A stretch of 64,000 nt of DNA, taken from assembly GCA_035267785.1 (NCBI GenBank), contig DATFLL010000061.1, positions 477 through 64,476 on the forward strand, written 5' to 3'. Below the pieces are notes generated by a model. It was not told where the DNA came from. It searched no databases and was given only the letters and a program-made list of their open reading frames with translations. The DNA is from Gammaproteobacteria bacterium (GTDB lineage: Bacteria > Pseudomonadota > Gammaproteobacteria > DATFLL01). The translations under genes and the position numbers were made by a program. Positions 42,974 through 52,859 of the stretch are shown piece after piece (position 1 is the stretch's first letter; every line of letters starts with the position of its first letter).

Positions 42974-43699
42974 CTACTCGTGCCAGCTGAGCAACCGCGA
43001 CTGCAGCCGGATCACCGCCTGGCTGTGGATCTGGCTGACGCGCGATTCGCTCACGCCCATCACCGCGCCGATTTCGCGCAGATTGAGCTCGTCGTCGTAA
43101 TACAGGGCCATCACCAGCCGCTCGCGTTCGGGCAGACCGGCAATCGCCTCGGTCACGACGCGCTGGACGTCCTCCTGCTGCAAGCCCTCGAGGATACCGG
43201 GGGCACCGTCGGACATGTTGTCCAGGTAGGATTCCTCGCCGATGCCCATGTCCTCGACGCTGAGCACCTTGTGGCAGGTCGCCTCCTGCAGAAGGGTGTA
43301 GTACTCCTGGATGCTCACGCCCAGCTCCTGGGCAATCTCGTGGTCGCGCGCATCGCGGCCGTGGGCGTGCTCAATGCCGCGCACGGCCTCGGCCACCATC
43401 CGTGCCTTGCGGTGCACCGACCGCGGCGCCCAGTCGTTCTTGCGGATTTCATCGAGCATCGCGCCGCGGATACGAATGCCGGCGTAGGTCTCGAAGCTTG
43501 CGCCCTGTGCCTCGTCGTAGTTGCGCGAGGCCTCCAACAGGCCAATCATTCCGGCCTGCACCAGGTCCTCGAGCTGGACACTGGCCGGCAGGCGCGTCAT
43601 CAAGTGATAGGCAATGCGCTTGACCAGGGGGGCGTGGCGCTCCACCAGATCGTCCTGGTGGGCCGGCTGAGCCGCCGCATACATTGCAAGACCGTTCAT
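42974..43699 (-). CDS. fliA: RNA polymerase sigma factor FliA (sigma-28)
   Basis: Region 2 (DLVQAGMIGLLEASRNYD) and region 4 HTH (LNLREIGAVMGVSESRVSQIHSQAV). Confidence 0.9.
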   Translation of the reverse strand: MNGLAMYAAAQPAHQDDLVERHAPLVKRIAYHLMTRLPASVQLEDLVQAGMIGLLEASRNYDEAQGASFETYAGIRIRGAMLDEIRKNDWAPRSVHRKARMVAEAVRGIEHAHGRDARDHEIAQELGVSIQEYYTLLQEATCHKVLSVEDMGIGEESYLDNMSDGAPGILEGLQQEDVQRVVTEAIAGLPERERLVMALYYDDELNLREIGAVMGVSESRVSQIHSQAVIRLQSRLLSWHE

Positions 43700-44613
43700 G
43701 GCATGACCTCCGCGTCGTGCACCGGGTTCGTGATGAGTCGTTCAACAAAAAATTCCAGATGACCGGCCGCCCCCGCGGGCAGAGGCCATTTACTGGTCCT
43801 GTCCGCAAGCGTCTGGAAGGCCAACGCGGCCTTGCTGAACGGATAGGCTTCGACCACGCTGCGTTGGCGCTGAACCGCCTCTTTCAGGTGATCGTCGTGG
43901 GGGATGTAGCCGAGATAATCCAGCGGCACATCCAGAAAACGGTCGGTGGTCTCGACGAGCTTCTGGAAAACGGCACGGCCGTGTTCCGGGCCCTGCACCA
44001 TGTTCGCCAGGATATGGACGCGGTAGACACCGTGTTCGCGACTGAGCAGCTTGATCAGCGCGTAGGCGTTGGCGATGGAGGCGGGCTCGTCGCACACCAC
44101 CATCATCACCTCCTGAGCGGCCCGGCTGAAACTGACCACGCTGCCGGAGATACCGGCAGCGGTATCAATCAGGAGCACATCGAAGTCGTAGCTGAGGTCG
44201 GAGAAGGCTTGAATCAGACCGGCGTGCTCCGCGGCGCTGAGCATGGTCATGGCCTGCACGCCCGAAGAGGAGGGAATAATCTTCAGACCACCGGGCCCAT
44301 CGACAATGCTCTCCTCCAGCGTGCAGTCGCCGCTGAGCACATTGGACAGGTTATAGCGCGGCCGGATGCCCAGCAGCACATCGATGTTGCCCAGGCCCAG
44401 GTCGGCGTCCATCAGCATGACCCTCTGCCCGGCGTTGGCCAAGGCCATCGCGAGGTTCACCGAGACGTTGGTCTTACCGACACCGCCCTTGCCGCTGGCC
44501 ACCGCAATGACGCGGACCGGACGGCGCCGCCCCGCGGGGGGCGCACCCGCCGATCCGTCCGTCTGTTGTAGGTCAGCCATCAGCATGTGCCACCATTTCA
44601 CTCGCTGCCGCAT
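43696..44613 (-). CDS. fleN: MinD/ParA-type ATPase FleN/FlhG (flagellar number regulator)
   Basis: Deviant Walker A VIAVASGKGGVGKTNVSVNLA. Its stop overlaps the fliA start. The true start is probably the internal Met at about 44586. Confidence 0.85.
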   Translation of the reverse strand: MRQRVKWWHMLMADLQQTDGSAGAPPAGRRRPVRVIAVASGKGGVGKTNVSVNLAMALANAGQRVMLMDADLGLGNIDVLLGIRPRYNLSNVLSGDCTLEESIVDGPGGLKIIPSSSGVQAMTMLSAAEHAGLIQAFSDLSYDFDVLLIDTAAGISGSVVSFSRAAQEVMMVVCDEPASIANAYALIKLLSREHGVYRVHILANMVQGPEHGRAVFQKLVETTDRFLDVPLDYLGYIPHDDHLKEAVQRQRSVVEAYPFSKAALAFQTLADRTSKWPLPAGAAGHLEFFVERLITNPVHDAEVMP

Positions 44614-44908
44614 TCGCTGCGTTGTTCATCGCTACTCTCCAGCCCGTGGGCGGGCCTCCCTTCTCGGCCGGCTTCCAGGCGCACGCGCCGACCCGGCCAG
44701 GGATTCTTCTGCAATTTGTGTTCCAGCACACAAGAGCAGCGAGGACTTTGTCCGTTGAACGTCTATATTATTGATTTAATGAGAAAACGCCCGAGACGGC
44801 CGCCATCCGGTATTTGACAGAGGCGTGTCGGAGTCTTGACTCGCGCCGGGTTTACAGCGCCAAAGTCCCGACGTTGGGCGTGGAAAAGCGGGTGGGGAGC
44901 GAGCGCGG

Positions 44909-45460
44909 TCAGGCCGGCAGGCGGATCAGGTGCTCGCGGTAATGCTGGAGCTCACGGATGGAATCGCGGATGTCGTCCAGGGCGAGATGGGCACCCTGTT
45001 TGGAGTAGCCACTGTAGACGCTCGGGTGCCAGCGCCGCGCCAGCTCCTTCAATGTGCTGACATCCAGGTTGCGGTAGTGGAAATAGGCCTCCAGCGCGGG
45101 CATGCATCGGGCGAGAAAGCGCCGGTCCTGGCAGATGCTGTTGCCGCACATGGGCGAGGCGTTGGCCGGCACGTATTGGCGCAGAAATTCCAGGGTCTGG
45201 CGCTCGGCCTCGGCCTCGTCGCAGTCGCTGGCGCGTACCCGCTCGATGAGGCCCGAACCGCCGTGCGTCTTCTTGTTCCACTCGTCCATGCCCTCGAGCG
45301 CCTCGTCGGGCTGGTGAACGGCCAAAACGGGCCCCTCGGCCAGGACATTGAGCCCGCTGTCGGTCACGATGGTAGCGATCTCGATGATCCGGTCGTTCAT
45401 CGTGTCCAGGCCGGTCATTTCGAGATCGATCCAGATAAGGTTGTTCGGATCCTGCGCCAT
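44909..45460 (-). CDS. orn: oligoribonuclease
   Basis: [13 protein letters not shown] (DEDDh exonuclease motif I) ... [14 protein letters not shown]. Confidence 0.92.
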   Translation of the reverse strand: MAQDPNNLIWIDLEMTGLDTMNDRIIEIATIVTDSGLNVLAEGPVLAVHQPDEALEGMDEWNKKTHGGSGLIERVRASDCDEAEAERQTLEFLRQYVPANASPMCGNSICQDRRFLARCMPALEAYFHYRNLDVSTLKELARRWHPSVYSGYSKQGAHLALDDIRDSIRELQHYREHLIRLPA

Positions 45461-45561
45461 GATATCCTTGAGTCCTGCTCGGTGATGCCGGTCAGGCATT
45501 CTACCAAACGCAAACCCGCGGTGCCGAATTCTCGCCGCATCATTGTTCTGTCTGGAGCTCG

Positions 45562-46809
45562 ATGAACGCCTTCACCTGGTTCGTCCTCGCTGTCCTCGCC
45601 CTGGTGACCGTAATCCAGCTTTGGCTGGCACGCCGCCACGTGCGCCACGTCCAGCGCCATCGCGACTCGGTCCCGGAGGCGTTTCGCGACGCCGTGGACG
45701 CGAGCGCCCATCACAAGGCGGCGGCCTACACCATCGCCAAGACCCGCGCGGCAATGGCCGATACGCTCATCGCCGCGGCCTTGTTCGTGCTATGGACATT
45801 GGGCGGCGCCCTGGAGGGCCTCGACGGGCTCTGGCATGCCACCGGGCTCTCACCGCTGGTAGCGGGCACGGGCTTCGTGGTCAGCTTTCTCGCGCTGAGC
45901 AGCGTGCTCGAGCTGCCCATGGACGTCTATCGCACCTTCGGGATCGAGCGTCGATTCGGCTTCAGCCGCATGAGCGCCGGACTGTTCATCGCGGACAACT
46001 TCAAGCAGCTGCTGCTGACGCTTGCCATCGCCGCGCCGCTGGTATGGGTAGTGCTGTGGCTGATGGCCGACGCGGGGCCCCTGTGGTGGCTGGCGGCCTG
46101 GGTCGTGTGGATGGGATTCAGTGTGCTGATGCTGTGGGCCTACCCCGTGGTCATCGCGCCCCTGTTCAACCGCTTCCTGCCGCTGGACAATCCCGAGCTG
46201 CGCCAGCGCATCGAACGCCTGCTCGCGCGCTGCGGCTTCGCCAGCAAGGGAATCTTCGTCATGGACGGCTCGCGCCGCTCAAGCCACGGCAACGCCTATT
46301 TCACCGGACTGGGCGAAAACAAGCGCATCGTGTTCTTCGACACGCTGCTCAACAGCCTCGACGCCGTTGAGATCGAGGCGGTCCTGGCCCATGAGCTCGG
46401 CCACTTCAAGCGCCATCATGTCGCCAAACGCCTCATGAGCATGTCGGCACTCAGCCTGCTGGCCTTGGGCGCACTGGGCTGGCTGAGCGGACAGCCCTGG
46501 TTCTATGCCGGGCTCGGAATGAGCCAGTCATCGACCCATGCCGCCCTGGTCCTGTTCCTGCTGATTGCACCGCTGGCGGGATTCTTCATCCAACCGGCCC
46601 TGGCCGCGGGCATGCGCCGCCATGAGTTCGAGGCGGACGATTTCGCCGCCGAGCAGACCGATCCCTCGACGCTTGTGCGGGCATTGGTCAAGTTGTACGA
46701 GGACAACGCCAATACGCTGACACCGGACCCGCTCTACTCGGCGTTCCATGACTCCCATCCCCCGGCACCGGTGCGCGTGGCCCATTTGTTGACTAAAATT
46801 CCCGGGTAA
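45562..46809 (+). CDS. M48-family (Ste24/HtpX-like) zinc metalloprotease, membrane
   Basis: [10 protein letters not shown] (HExxH) plus a downstream Glu, multiple transmembrane segments, 415 aa. Confidence 0.8.
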   Translation: MNAFTWFVLAVLALVTVIQLWLARRHVRHVQRHRDSVPEAFRDAVDASAHHKAAAYTIAKTRAAMADTLIAAALFVLWTLGGALEGLDGLWHATGLSPLVAGTGFVVSFLALSSVLELPMDVYRTFGIERRFGFSRMSAGLFIADNFKQLLLTLAIAAPLVWVVLWLMADAGPLWWLAAWVVWMGFSVLMLWAYPVVIAPLFNRFLPLDNPELRQRIERLLARCGFASKGIFVMDGSRRSSHGNAYFTGLGENKRIVFFDTLLNSLDAVEIEAVLAHELGHFKRHHVAKRLMSMSALSLLALGALGWLSGQPWFYAGLGMSQSSTHAALVLFLLIAPLAGFFIQPALAAGMRRHEFEADDFAAEQTDPSTLVRALVKLYEDNANTLTPDPLYSAFHDSHPPAPVRVAHLLTKIPG

Positions 46810-46826
46810 CGAGCACGAGGTACATC

Positions 46827-47156
46827 ATGAACGTACGGCATCTATCGCGCATCGGCCCCCAATTGGGCCTGGCCCTGGGTCTGTCCCTGAGCCTCATCGG
46901 TACGGCCGCACACGCGGCGGACGTCAAACGCGGCAAGGAGCTGCACGATCAGAACTGCATCCAATGCCACGCCTCGATCGTCGGGGGCAACGGCACGGCC
47001 ATTTACACGCGCCCCGATCGACGCATCGACTCGCTGGCCGCGTTGAACAAACAGGTGCACCGCTGCAAGAACAGCCTGGGCGTGTCCTGGCCCGAGGACC
47101 AGATCCAGGACGTGGTCGCGTATCTGAATCACACTTTCTACCACTTCAAGAAGTGA
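46827..47156 (+). CDS. small periplasmic monoheme cytochrome c
   Basis: Signal peptide plus CIQCH heme-binding motif. 109 aa. Confidence 0.75.
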   Translation: MNVRHLSRIGPQLGLALGLSLSLIGTAAHAADVKRGKELHDQNCIQCHASIVGGNGTAIYTRPDRRIDSLAALNKQVHRCKNSLGVSWPEDQIQDVVAYLNHTFYHFKK

Positions 47157-47159
47157 TCC

Positions 47160-47498
47160 ATGACTGAGCTCACCGAAAAGCATTGTGTTCCCTGTGAAGG
47201 CGGCACCGAGGCGCTCGACACCAAGACGGCCGAGCGTTTTCTGGCCAAGGTCGAGGGCTGGACGCTCGACAACGACGGCAAGGTCATCTACCGGGAGTAC
47301 CGCTTCAAGAACTATTACCAGACCATCGCCTTCGTCAACGCCCTGGCCTGGATCGCCCATCAGGAGGATCACCACCCCGATCTCGAGGTGGGCTACAATC
47401 GCTGCCTGGTCCGCTACAGCACCCACGCCATCGGCGGACTGTCCGAAAACGACTTCATCTGCGCGGCCAAGGTCAACGCCCTGCTCGACCAGGCGTGA
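47160..47498 (+). CDS. phhB: pterin-4a-carbinolamine dehydratase (PhhB/DCoH)
   Basis: EGWTLDNDGKVIYREYRFKNYYQTIAFVNALAWIAHQEDHHPDLEVGYNRCLVRYSTHAIGGL, including the conserved HHP motif. Confidence 0.88.
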   Translation: MTELTEKHCVPCEGGTEALDTKTAERFLAKVEGWTLDNDGKVIYREYRFKNYYQTIAFVNALAWIAHQEDHHPDLEVGYNRCLVRYSTHAIGGLSENDFICAAKVNALLDQA

Positions 47499-47585
47499 AC
47501 GCCCGCATCGCCCCGATTCCCGCTATGGCGGCCGCCGCAGTGGCAGCCGGCGACGTGCGTGTTGAGCCGCCAGGCGCCCGCTTGA

Positions 47586-48599
47586 ATGCCTAAACGCAGG
47601 CTGACCCGCCGTCAGGAATGGCGTATCCGCAAGGTCCAGGAAGAACGCCTGGCGCGCGCCCGGCGCAAGGCCGAGCGCGTCGAGGCGGACCTGTCGGATT
47701 CCGCGCTCGGCCCCGAACAGGCAGGTACCCTGCTCGCCAACTACGGTGCCTACGCACTGATCGAGGACGAGCACGGCGAACAATTCCGCTGCGTCCTGCG
47801 CAGCAATCTCGGCGCCCTGGTCAGCGGCGATCGCGTCATCTGGCAGGCCGGGAGCGATCGCACCGGCGTCATCGTCGCCGTCGAGCCCCGGCGCACCCTG
47901 CTCGCCCGACCCGACACCGTCGGTCAGATGAAGCCCATCGCGGCCAACATCGACCAGATCATCATCGTCACCGCCCCGCGGCCCGGTATCAGCGAGTGGA
48001 TGATCGACCGCTACCTGGTCGCCGCCGAGACAACGCACATCGCGCCGATCATCGTCGTCAACAAACGCGACCTGATGGACGAGGCCAAGCGGGGGCGCAT
48101 CGAGGCGCGCATGTCCGAGTATCGGGCGATTGGCTACACGGTGCTGTTCGCCAGTACGAAGCGCGAGCACGGGCTGGACGAGCTGCGCGAGCACCTGCGC
48201 GGGCGCACCAGCGTGTTCGTCGGTCAGTCCGGGGTGGGCAAGTCGTCGTTGATCAACGCCCTGCTGCCCGGCGTCGACGCGCGCGTCGGAGAGCTCTCCG
48301 AGGCCAGCGGCCAGGGGCGCCACACGACCAGCGCGGCGATGCAGTACCGTGTGCCCGGCGGGGGCAGTATCATCGACTCGCCCGGGATTCGCGACTTCGG
48401 CCTGTGGAATATCACGCCCGAGCAGGCATACGAGGGGTTCGTGGAGTTTCGCCCGTACCACGGCCAATGCCGCTTTCGCAACTGCGCCCACCGCCAGGAG
48501 CCCGGCTGTGCGCTGCAGGAGGCCGTGGCCGAAGGACACATCAGCGAGCGGCGCCTGGAGAGCTATCACCAGATCGTCGACTCGCTGGCCGGCGCGTAG
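47586..48599 (+). CDS. rsgA: ribosome small-subunit-dependent GTPase A
   Basis: VGQSGVGKSSLIN (G1), DSPG and the C-terminal zinc motif CRFRNCAHRQEPGC. Conserved orn/rsgA neighbourhood. Confidence 0.92.
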   Translation: MPKRRLTRRQEWRIRKVQEERLARARRKAERVEADLSDSALGPEQAGTLLANYGAYALIEDEHGEQFRCVLRSNLGALVSGDRVIWQAGSDRTGVIVAVEPRRTLLARPDTVGQMKPIAANIDQIIIVTAPRPGISEWMIDRYLVAAETTHIAPIIVVNKRDLMDEAKRGRIEARMSEYRAIGYTVLFASTKREHGLDELREHLRGRTSVFVGQSGVGKSSLINALLPGVDARVGELSEASGQGRHTTSAAMQYRVPGGGSIIDSPGIRDFGLWNITPEQAYEGFVEFRPYHGQCRFRNCAHRQEPGCALQEAVAEGHISERRLESYHQIVDSLAGA

Positions 48600-48625
48600 A
48601 CGTCGCGGCCGCGGGGCGCGAGCGG

Positions 48626-49222
48626 TTACAGGTCCCGGCGGCCCTCGAAGGCGTGGGACAGCGTGCTGCCGTCGACGTACTCCAGCTCGCCGCCCATGGG
48701 TACGCCGTGGGCGATCCGCGTAGCGCGGATGCCGCGGTGGCGCGCCATGTCGGCAATATAATGTGAGGTCGCCTCGCCCTCCACCGTCGAGCTGGTGGCC
48801 AGGATCACCTCCTCGACCTCGCCGGCGTCCAGGCGCTTGGCGAGCAGATCGAGGCCGATGTCCTCGGGGCCGATGCCGTCCAGCGGCGAGAGGTGGCCCA
48901 TCAGCACGAAGTACAATCCCCGGTAGCCGGTCGCCTGCTGCACGGCGTAGACGTCGGCCGGTGTCTCCACGATGCACAGCACGGAGCGGTCCCGCCGCTC
49001 GTCCGCGCAGATAGGGCAGATTTCCTCTTCGGTCAGCGTGCGGCACACCTGGCAGTGACCGACATGCTCAACGGCCTCGCGCAGGGCGTCGGCCAATGCC
49101 AGCGCGCCGGGGCGATCGCGCTCGAGCAGGTAGTAGGCCATCCGCTGCGCGGACTTCGGTCCGACGCCCGGCAGACAACGCAGCGCCTCGATGAGGCGGC
49201 CGATGAGGGGACTGGCCGACAT
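48626..49222 (-). CDS. recR: recombination protein RecR
   Basis: HhH domain [14 protein letters not shown], zinc finger [16 protein letters not shown] and a Toprim domain. Confidence 0.93.
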   Translation of the reverse strand: MSASPLIGRLIEALRCLPGVGPKSAQRMAYYLLERDRPGALALADALREAVEHVGHCQVCRTLTEEEICPICADERRDRSVLCIVETPADVYAVQQATGYRGLYFVLMGHLSPLDGIGPEDIGLDLLAKRLDAGEVEEVILATSSTVEGEATSHYIADMARHRGIRATRIAHGVPMGGELEYVDGSTLSHAFEGRRDL

Positions 49223-49229
49223 CGATGCC

Positions 49230-49553
49230 TCAGAACGGAAGTTTGAAGCCGCCGGGAAGTCCCAGCCCGGAGGTCAGCCCCGACATCTTCTCGCTGGAGA
49301 CCTTCTCGACCTGGCGCACGGCGTCGTTCACCGCCGCGGCGATCAAATCCTCGAGCATGTCCTTGTCGTCACCGATCAGACTGTCGTCGATGCTCACTCG
49401 CTTGACGTCGTGGCGACCCGTCATGACCACGCTGACCATGCCGCCACCGGCCTGCCCCGTGACCTCCATGTTCGCCAGCTCCTCCTGGGCCTTTTCCATG
49501 TTGGCCTGCATCTGCTGGGCCTGCTTCATCAGGTTGCCGATTCCACCTTTCAT
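49230..49553 (-). CDS. ybaB: nucleoid-associated protein YbaB/EbfC
   Basis: [16 protein letters not shown]...LPGGFKLPF. Confidence 0.9.
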   Translation of the reverse strand: MKGGIGNLMKQAQQMQANMEKAQEELANMEVTGQAGGGMVSVVMTGRHDVKRVSIDDSLIGDDKDMLEDLIAAAVNDAVRQVEKVSSEKMSGLTSGLGLPGGFKLPF

Positions 49554-49655
49554 AGTCTTAACACCTCTGAACACATCGGAATAAGTTAACGGGCTGTTGA
49601 AACGACTCGACGCCAGTCGCGCTCTGCGGCGCCGCCCCTTGGCAGGACCAACCGT

Positions 49656-51407
49656 TCAATCGAGCGGTTGGATCGAATCGGGTTTGATACGGGCGTCGAA
49701 CTTCTCGACGATGGCCTGGACGTTGGCATCGTCCTGGATCTGTCGCTCGGCCTCGGCCTGGCGTTCGCCGCGCTGGCGATCCTCTCGCGCGGCGGGTGTC
49801 TCGCTCGGCGGAGCCTGTACCTTGATATGCAGCGTGATCGCCTCGCCGAAGTGCGCACTCAGCGCCTCCTGCAGCTTGGCCTCGCGCTCCTTGGTCAACA
49901 GCTGCGCGCAGGCCGGGTCCAGCGCCATCTCCAACACGTTGCCTGCCCGCCCCAGGGGCGCGGCATGCACGGCAAGTTGGCGCACGACGCCGCTGAGCTT
50001 CAATTGGGCGACGACGCCCGCCCAGTCTTCCACCGGCCCGCCGCCGGCCGATGGCGCTTGCGTATCCGCGCGGCTCGTCGCCGCCGGGGCGGCCGGGGCC
50101 GGGCCTTGAGCGGTCCGGGCCTCGTTCGAGGCATCGCGCGGCCTCGAGGCTGGCGCGGAGGACGAGCTCGCGGCGGGCGGTTTGGCCCCGCCGCGTGCCG
50201 GCGCGGCCGACGAGGTCCGCGGTGTTGGCGCCGCCCGACCGCCTCCTGCGGCACCCGCGCCGACACCGCCAGCCGCCGGCGTCGACTGTGGAGACGAAAG
50301 CGGCGCCGACGCCCCGGCCTCGCCTGCCGGGCGGAAGGCCAGCATGCGCAGCAGCACCATCTCCAGCCCGCTGCGCGGGTCGGGCGCCAGCGGCAAGTCG
50401 CGTCGTCCGATGAGGCCGATTTGATAAAACAGCTGCACGTCCTCGGGACTGAGCGACTCGGCCAGGGCGCTCAGGGCGTCGCGATCGCCCATCGCCTCGT
50501 CGTAGGCGTCGGGGGCGACCTGCAGCAGCGCTACGCGGTGCAGCACCAAGACGATCTCGGCCAGCACACCGGCGTAGTCCGGTGCCTGGGCGGCCAATTC
50601 GTTCAGCGTATCGAGCACCGCGCCGGCGTCGCCGCGCGCCAGTGCCTGGAGGATGGCCTGGACGTGGCCCTGCTCGATGGTGCCGAGCATGGCCTGCACC
50701 TCCTCGCCGGTGATCTGCCCCGCGCCATAGGCAATGGCCTGATCGAGCAGGCTGAGCGCATCGCGCATCGAGCCGTCGGCCGCGCGCGCGACCTGAGACA
50801 GTGCCGCCGGCTCGGCCGGTACACCCTCCTGCTCTAGAATACGGCTCAGGTGCTCTCGAATGAGCTCGGCGGGCAAGCGGCGCAGGTTGAACTGCAGGCA
50901 GCGCGACAGGATGGTGACCGGCAGCTTCTGCGGATCGGTCGTGGCCAGCAGGAACTTGATATGCGGCGGCGGCTCCTCGAGCGTCTTGAGCAGCGCGTTG
51001 AAGCTGTGATTGGAAAGCATGTGCACCTCGTCGATGAGGTACACCTTGTAGCGCCCGCGCGTGGGCGCGTACTGCACGTTGTCCAGGAGCTCGCGCGTGT
51101 CCTCCACCTTGGTGCGCGAGGCGGCGTCGACCTCGATGAGGTCCACGAAGCGGCCCTCATCGATCTCGCGGCAGGCCGAGCACTCCCCGCAGGGGGTGGA
51201 GCTCACACCCTTCTCGCAGTTCAGTGACTTGGCCAGGATGCGCGCGATGGTCGTCTTGCCGACGCCGCGCGTGCCGGCAAACAGGAAGGCGTGGTGGAGC
51301 CGATCATGGTCCAGCGCATTGATAAGCGCGCGCAGCACGTGCTCCTGACCGACCATCTCGGCGAACGAACGCGGGCGCCATTTGCGCGCAAGCACCTGAT
51401 AACTCAT
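49656..51407 (-). CDS. dnaX: DNA polymerase III subunits gamma/tau
   Basis: MSYQVLARKWRPRSFAEMVGQEHV...FAGTRGVGKTT (Walker A) and zinc module CGECSACREI. Confidence 0.93.
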   Translation of the reverse strand: MSYQVLARKWRPRSFAEMVGQEHVLRALINALDHDRLHHAFLFAGTRGVGKTTIARILAKSLNCEKGVSSTPCGECSACREIDEGRFVDLIEVDAASRTKVEDTRELLDNVQYAPTRGRYKVYLIDEVHMLSNHSFNALLKTLEEPPPHIKFLLATTDPQKLPVTILSRCLQFNLRRLPAELIREHLSRILEQEGVPAEPAALSQVARAADGSMRDALSLLDQAIAYGAGQITGEEVQAMLGTIEQGHVQAILQALARGDAGAVLDTLNELAAQAPDYAGVLAEIVLVLHRVALLQVAPDAYDEAMGDRDALSALAESLSPEDVQLFYQIGLIGRRDLPLAPDPRSGLEMVLLRMLAFRPAGEAGASAPLSSPQSTPAAGGVGAGAAGGGRAAPTPRTSSAAPARGGAKPPAASSSSAPASRPRDASNEARTAQGPAPAAPAATSRADTQAPSAGGGPVEDWAGVVAQLKLSGVVRQLAVHAAPLGRAGNVLEMALDPACAQLLTKEREAKLQEALSAHFGEAITLHIKVQAPPSETPAAREDRQRGERQAEAERQIQDDANVQAIVEKFDARIKPDSIQPLD

Positions 51408-51490
51408 TGGGATCTCGCCGGCGGCCAGAAAAACACCGCCCCAGTATACCGCAGGCCAGGCCGGTTTTGCGGGGTCCGAAGAGGCGAAAA

Positions 51491-51605
51491 GGTGGCAACC
51501 CGTGCCAGCCGCACCCCGGCACACGAGTCCACCGCTGCCGCTGCTCCCTTCCGGGCCTGACGGGGTTCACGGTCTGTCGTTGCGAGGGGACCGACACGGG
51601 TCACC
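51491..51605 (-). ncRNA. ffs: signal recognition particle 4.5S RNA
   Basis: On the minus strand the sequence reads GGTGACCCGTGTCGG...CCGTCAGGCCCGGAAGGGAGCAGCGGCAGCGGTGGACTCGTGTGCCGGGGTGCGGCTGGCACGGGTTGCCACC. Domain IV matches the E. coli 4.5S core GTCAGGTCCGGAAGGAAGCAGC and downstream GTGTGCCGGG...GCTGGCA. The 5' and 3' ends pair. It lies immediately upstream of dnaX, as in Pseudomonas. Confidence 0.88.
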
Positions 51606-51956
51606 GTCGACCGATCTTGAGTGGCGAGTGGCGCGGAGCGAGCTGCGAGGGACAGGCCTCGGCAGCGCCGACTCTGGAGACCTCACCGCGAGACGACACC
51701 GGCGAGGTGTGGCGGGCAGGCGCTCAAGCCCCTGCATCGCGCCGCTATGATGCCAGAGCCGCCCGCCGGAAACAAGAACATGATTTTACGAAAGAATTTC
51801 ACCGCCCCGAGACTACCGGCTTTGTGAGTGTATCCGGGTACTTATCGGAGACCCCGCACCCCGACCCGCCCCCGGCGGGCACGAACGTCCGGACGGCGAT
51901 TTCCCGCCGACCTGCTAATCTCAATAGGCTGATCGCTGCCACCGGAGGACCGTGCC

Positions 51957-52844
51957 ATGACGCGCAAGAAGGCCAGTGATTTCGACCAGGGTCTGCTCGA
52001 CCTCTATGACCGCTATGCCCACGACCTGATCAACCGCCGCGAATTTCTGGAGAAGGCCGCCCGCTACGCCGTCGGCGGCTTGAGCGCCGCGGCACTGCTG
52101 GAAACGCTGTCTCCTCGGTACGCGCTGGCCACGCAGGTCAAGCCAACCGACGAGCGCATCGACACGCAATACCTCGACTACGACTCACCCCGGGGCCACG
52201 GCCAGATCCACGCCTACCTGGCGCGCCCCGCCAATGCCGCGGGCAAAGTGCCCGGCGTCGTGGTCGTGCACGAGAACCGCGGGCTCAACCCTTACATCGA
52301 GGACGTGGCTCGGCGCCTAGCCGTGGCCGGCTTTATGGCGCTGGCCCCGGACGGACTGACTCCCCTGGGCGGCTATCCGGGTAACGACGAGGAAGGCAAG
52401 GCGATGCAGCGCAAGCTCGACCCCGCCAAGCTGCTGGCGGATTTCATCGCCGGCTTTCACTATCTCAAAGACCGACCGGACTGCACCGGCAATGTCGGCG
52501 TCGTCGGCTTTTGCTACGGCGGCGGCGTGGCCAACGAAATGGCCGTGCGTCTGCCCGACCTGGCCGCCGCCGTGCCCTTTTACGGACGTCAGCCCGACCC
52601 GACAGACGTGCCCAAGATAAAGGCGCCGTTGCTCATTCACTACGCCGGGTTGGATCAGCGCATCAACGCAGGCTGGCCGGAATACGAAAAGGCGCTCAAG
52701 GCCGCCGGCGTCGACTACAAGGCGTATATCTATCCCGACGTCAATCACGGCTTCCACAACGACACCACGCCGCGCTACGACGAAGCGGCTGCCGAGCTTG
52801 CCTGGAAGCGGACCATCGCCTTCTTCAAGGCGAACCTGAGTTAA
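51957..52844 (+). CDS. dienelactone hydrolase-family protein with Tat signal
   Basis: Twin-arginine N-terminus [21 protein letters not shown] and the nucleophile elbow GVVGFCYGG. Confidence 0.8.
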   Translation: MTRKKASDFDQGLLDLYDRYAHDLINRREFLEKAARYAVGGLSAAALLETLSPRYALATQVKPTDERIDTQYLDYDSPRGHGQIHAYLARPANAAGKVPGVVVVHENRGLNPYIEDVARRLAVAGFMALAPDGLTPLGGYPGNDEEGKAMQRKLDPAKLLADFIAGFHYLKDRPDCTGNVGVVGFCYGGGVANEMAVRLPDLAAAVPFYGRQPDPTDVPKIKAPLLIHYAGLDQRINAGWPEYEKALKAAGVDYKAYIYPDVNHGFHNDTTPRYDEAAAELAWKRTIAFFKANLS

Positions 52845-52859
52845 GGGCCTGAGCGCGCG

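Noticed and set aside
49656-51407. dnaX programmed -1 frameshift site (A AAA AAG type)
   Set aside because: No A-rich slippery heptamer, and no T-run on the plus strand, was found within the gene.
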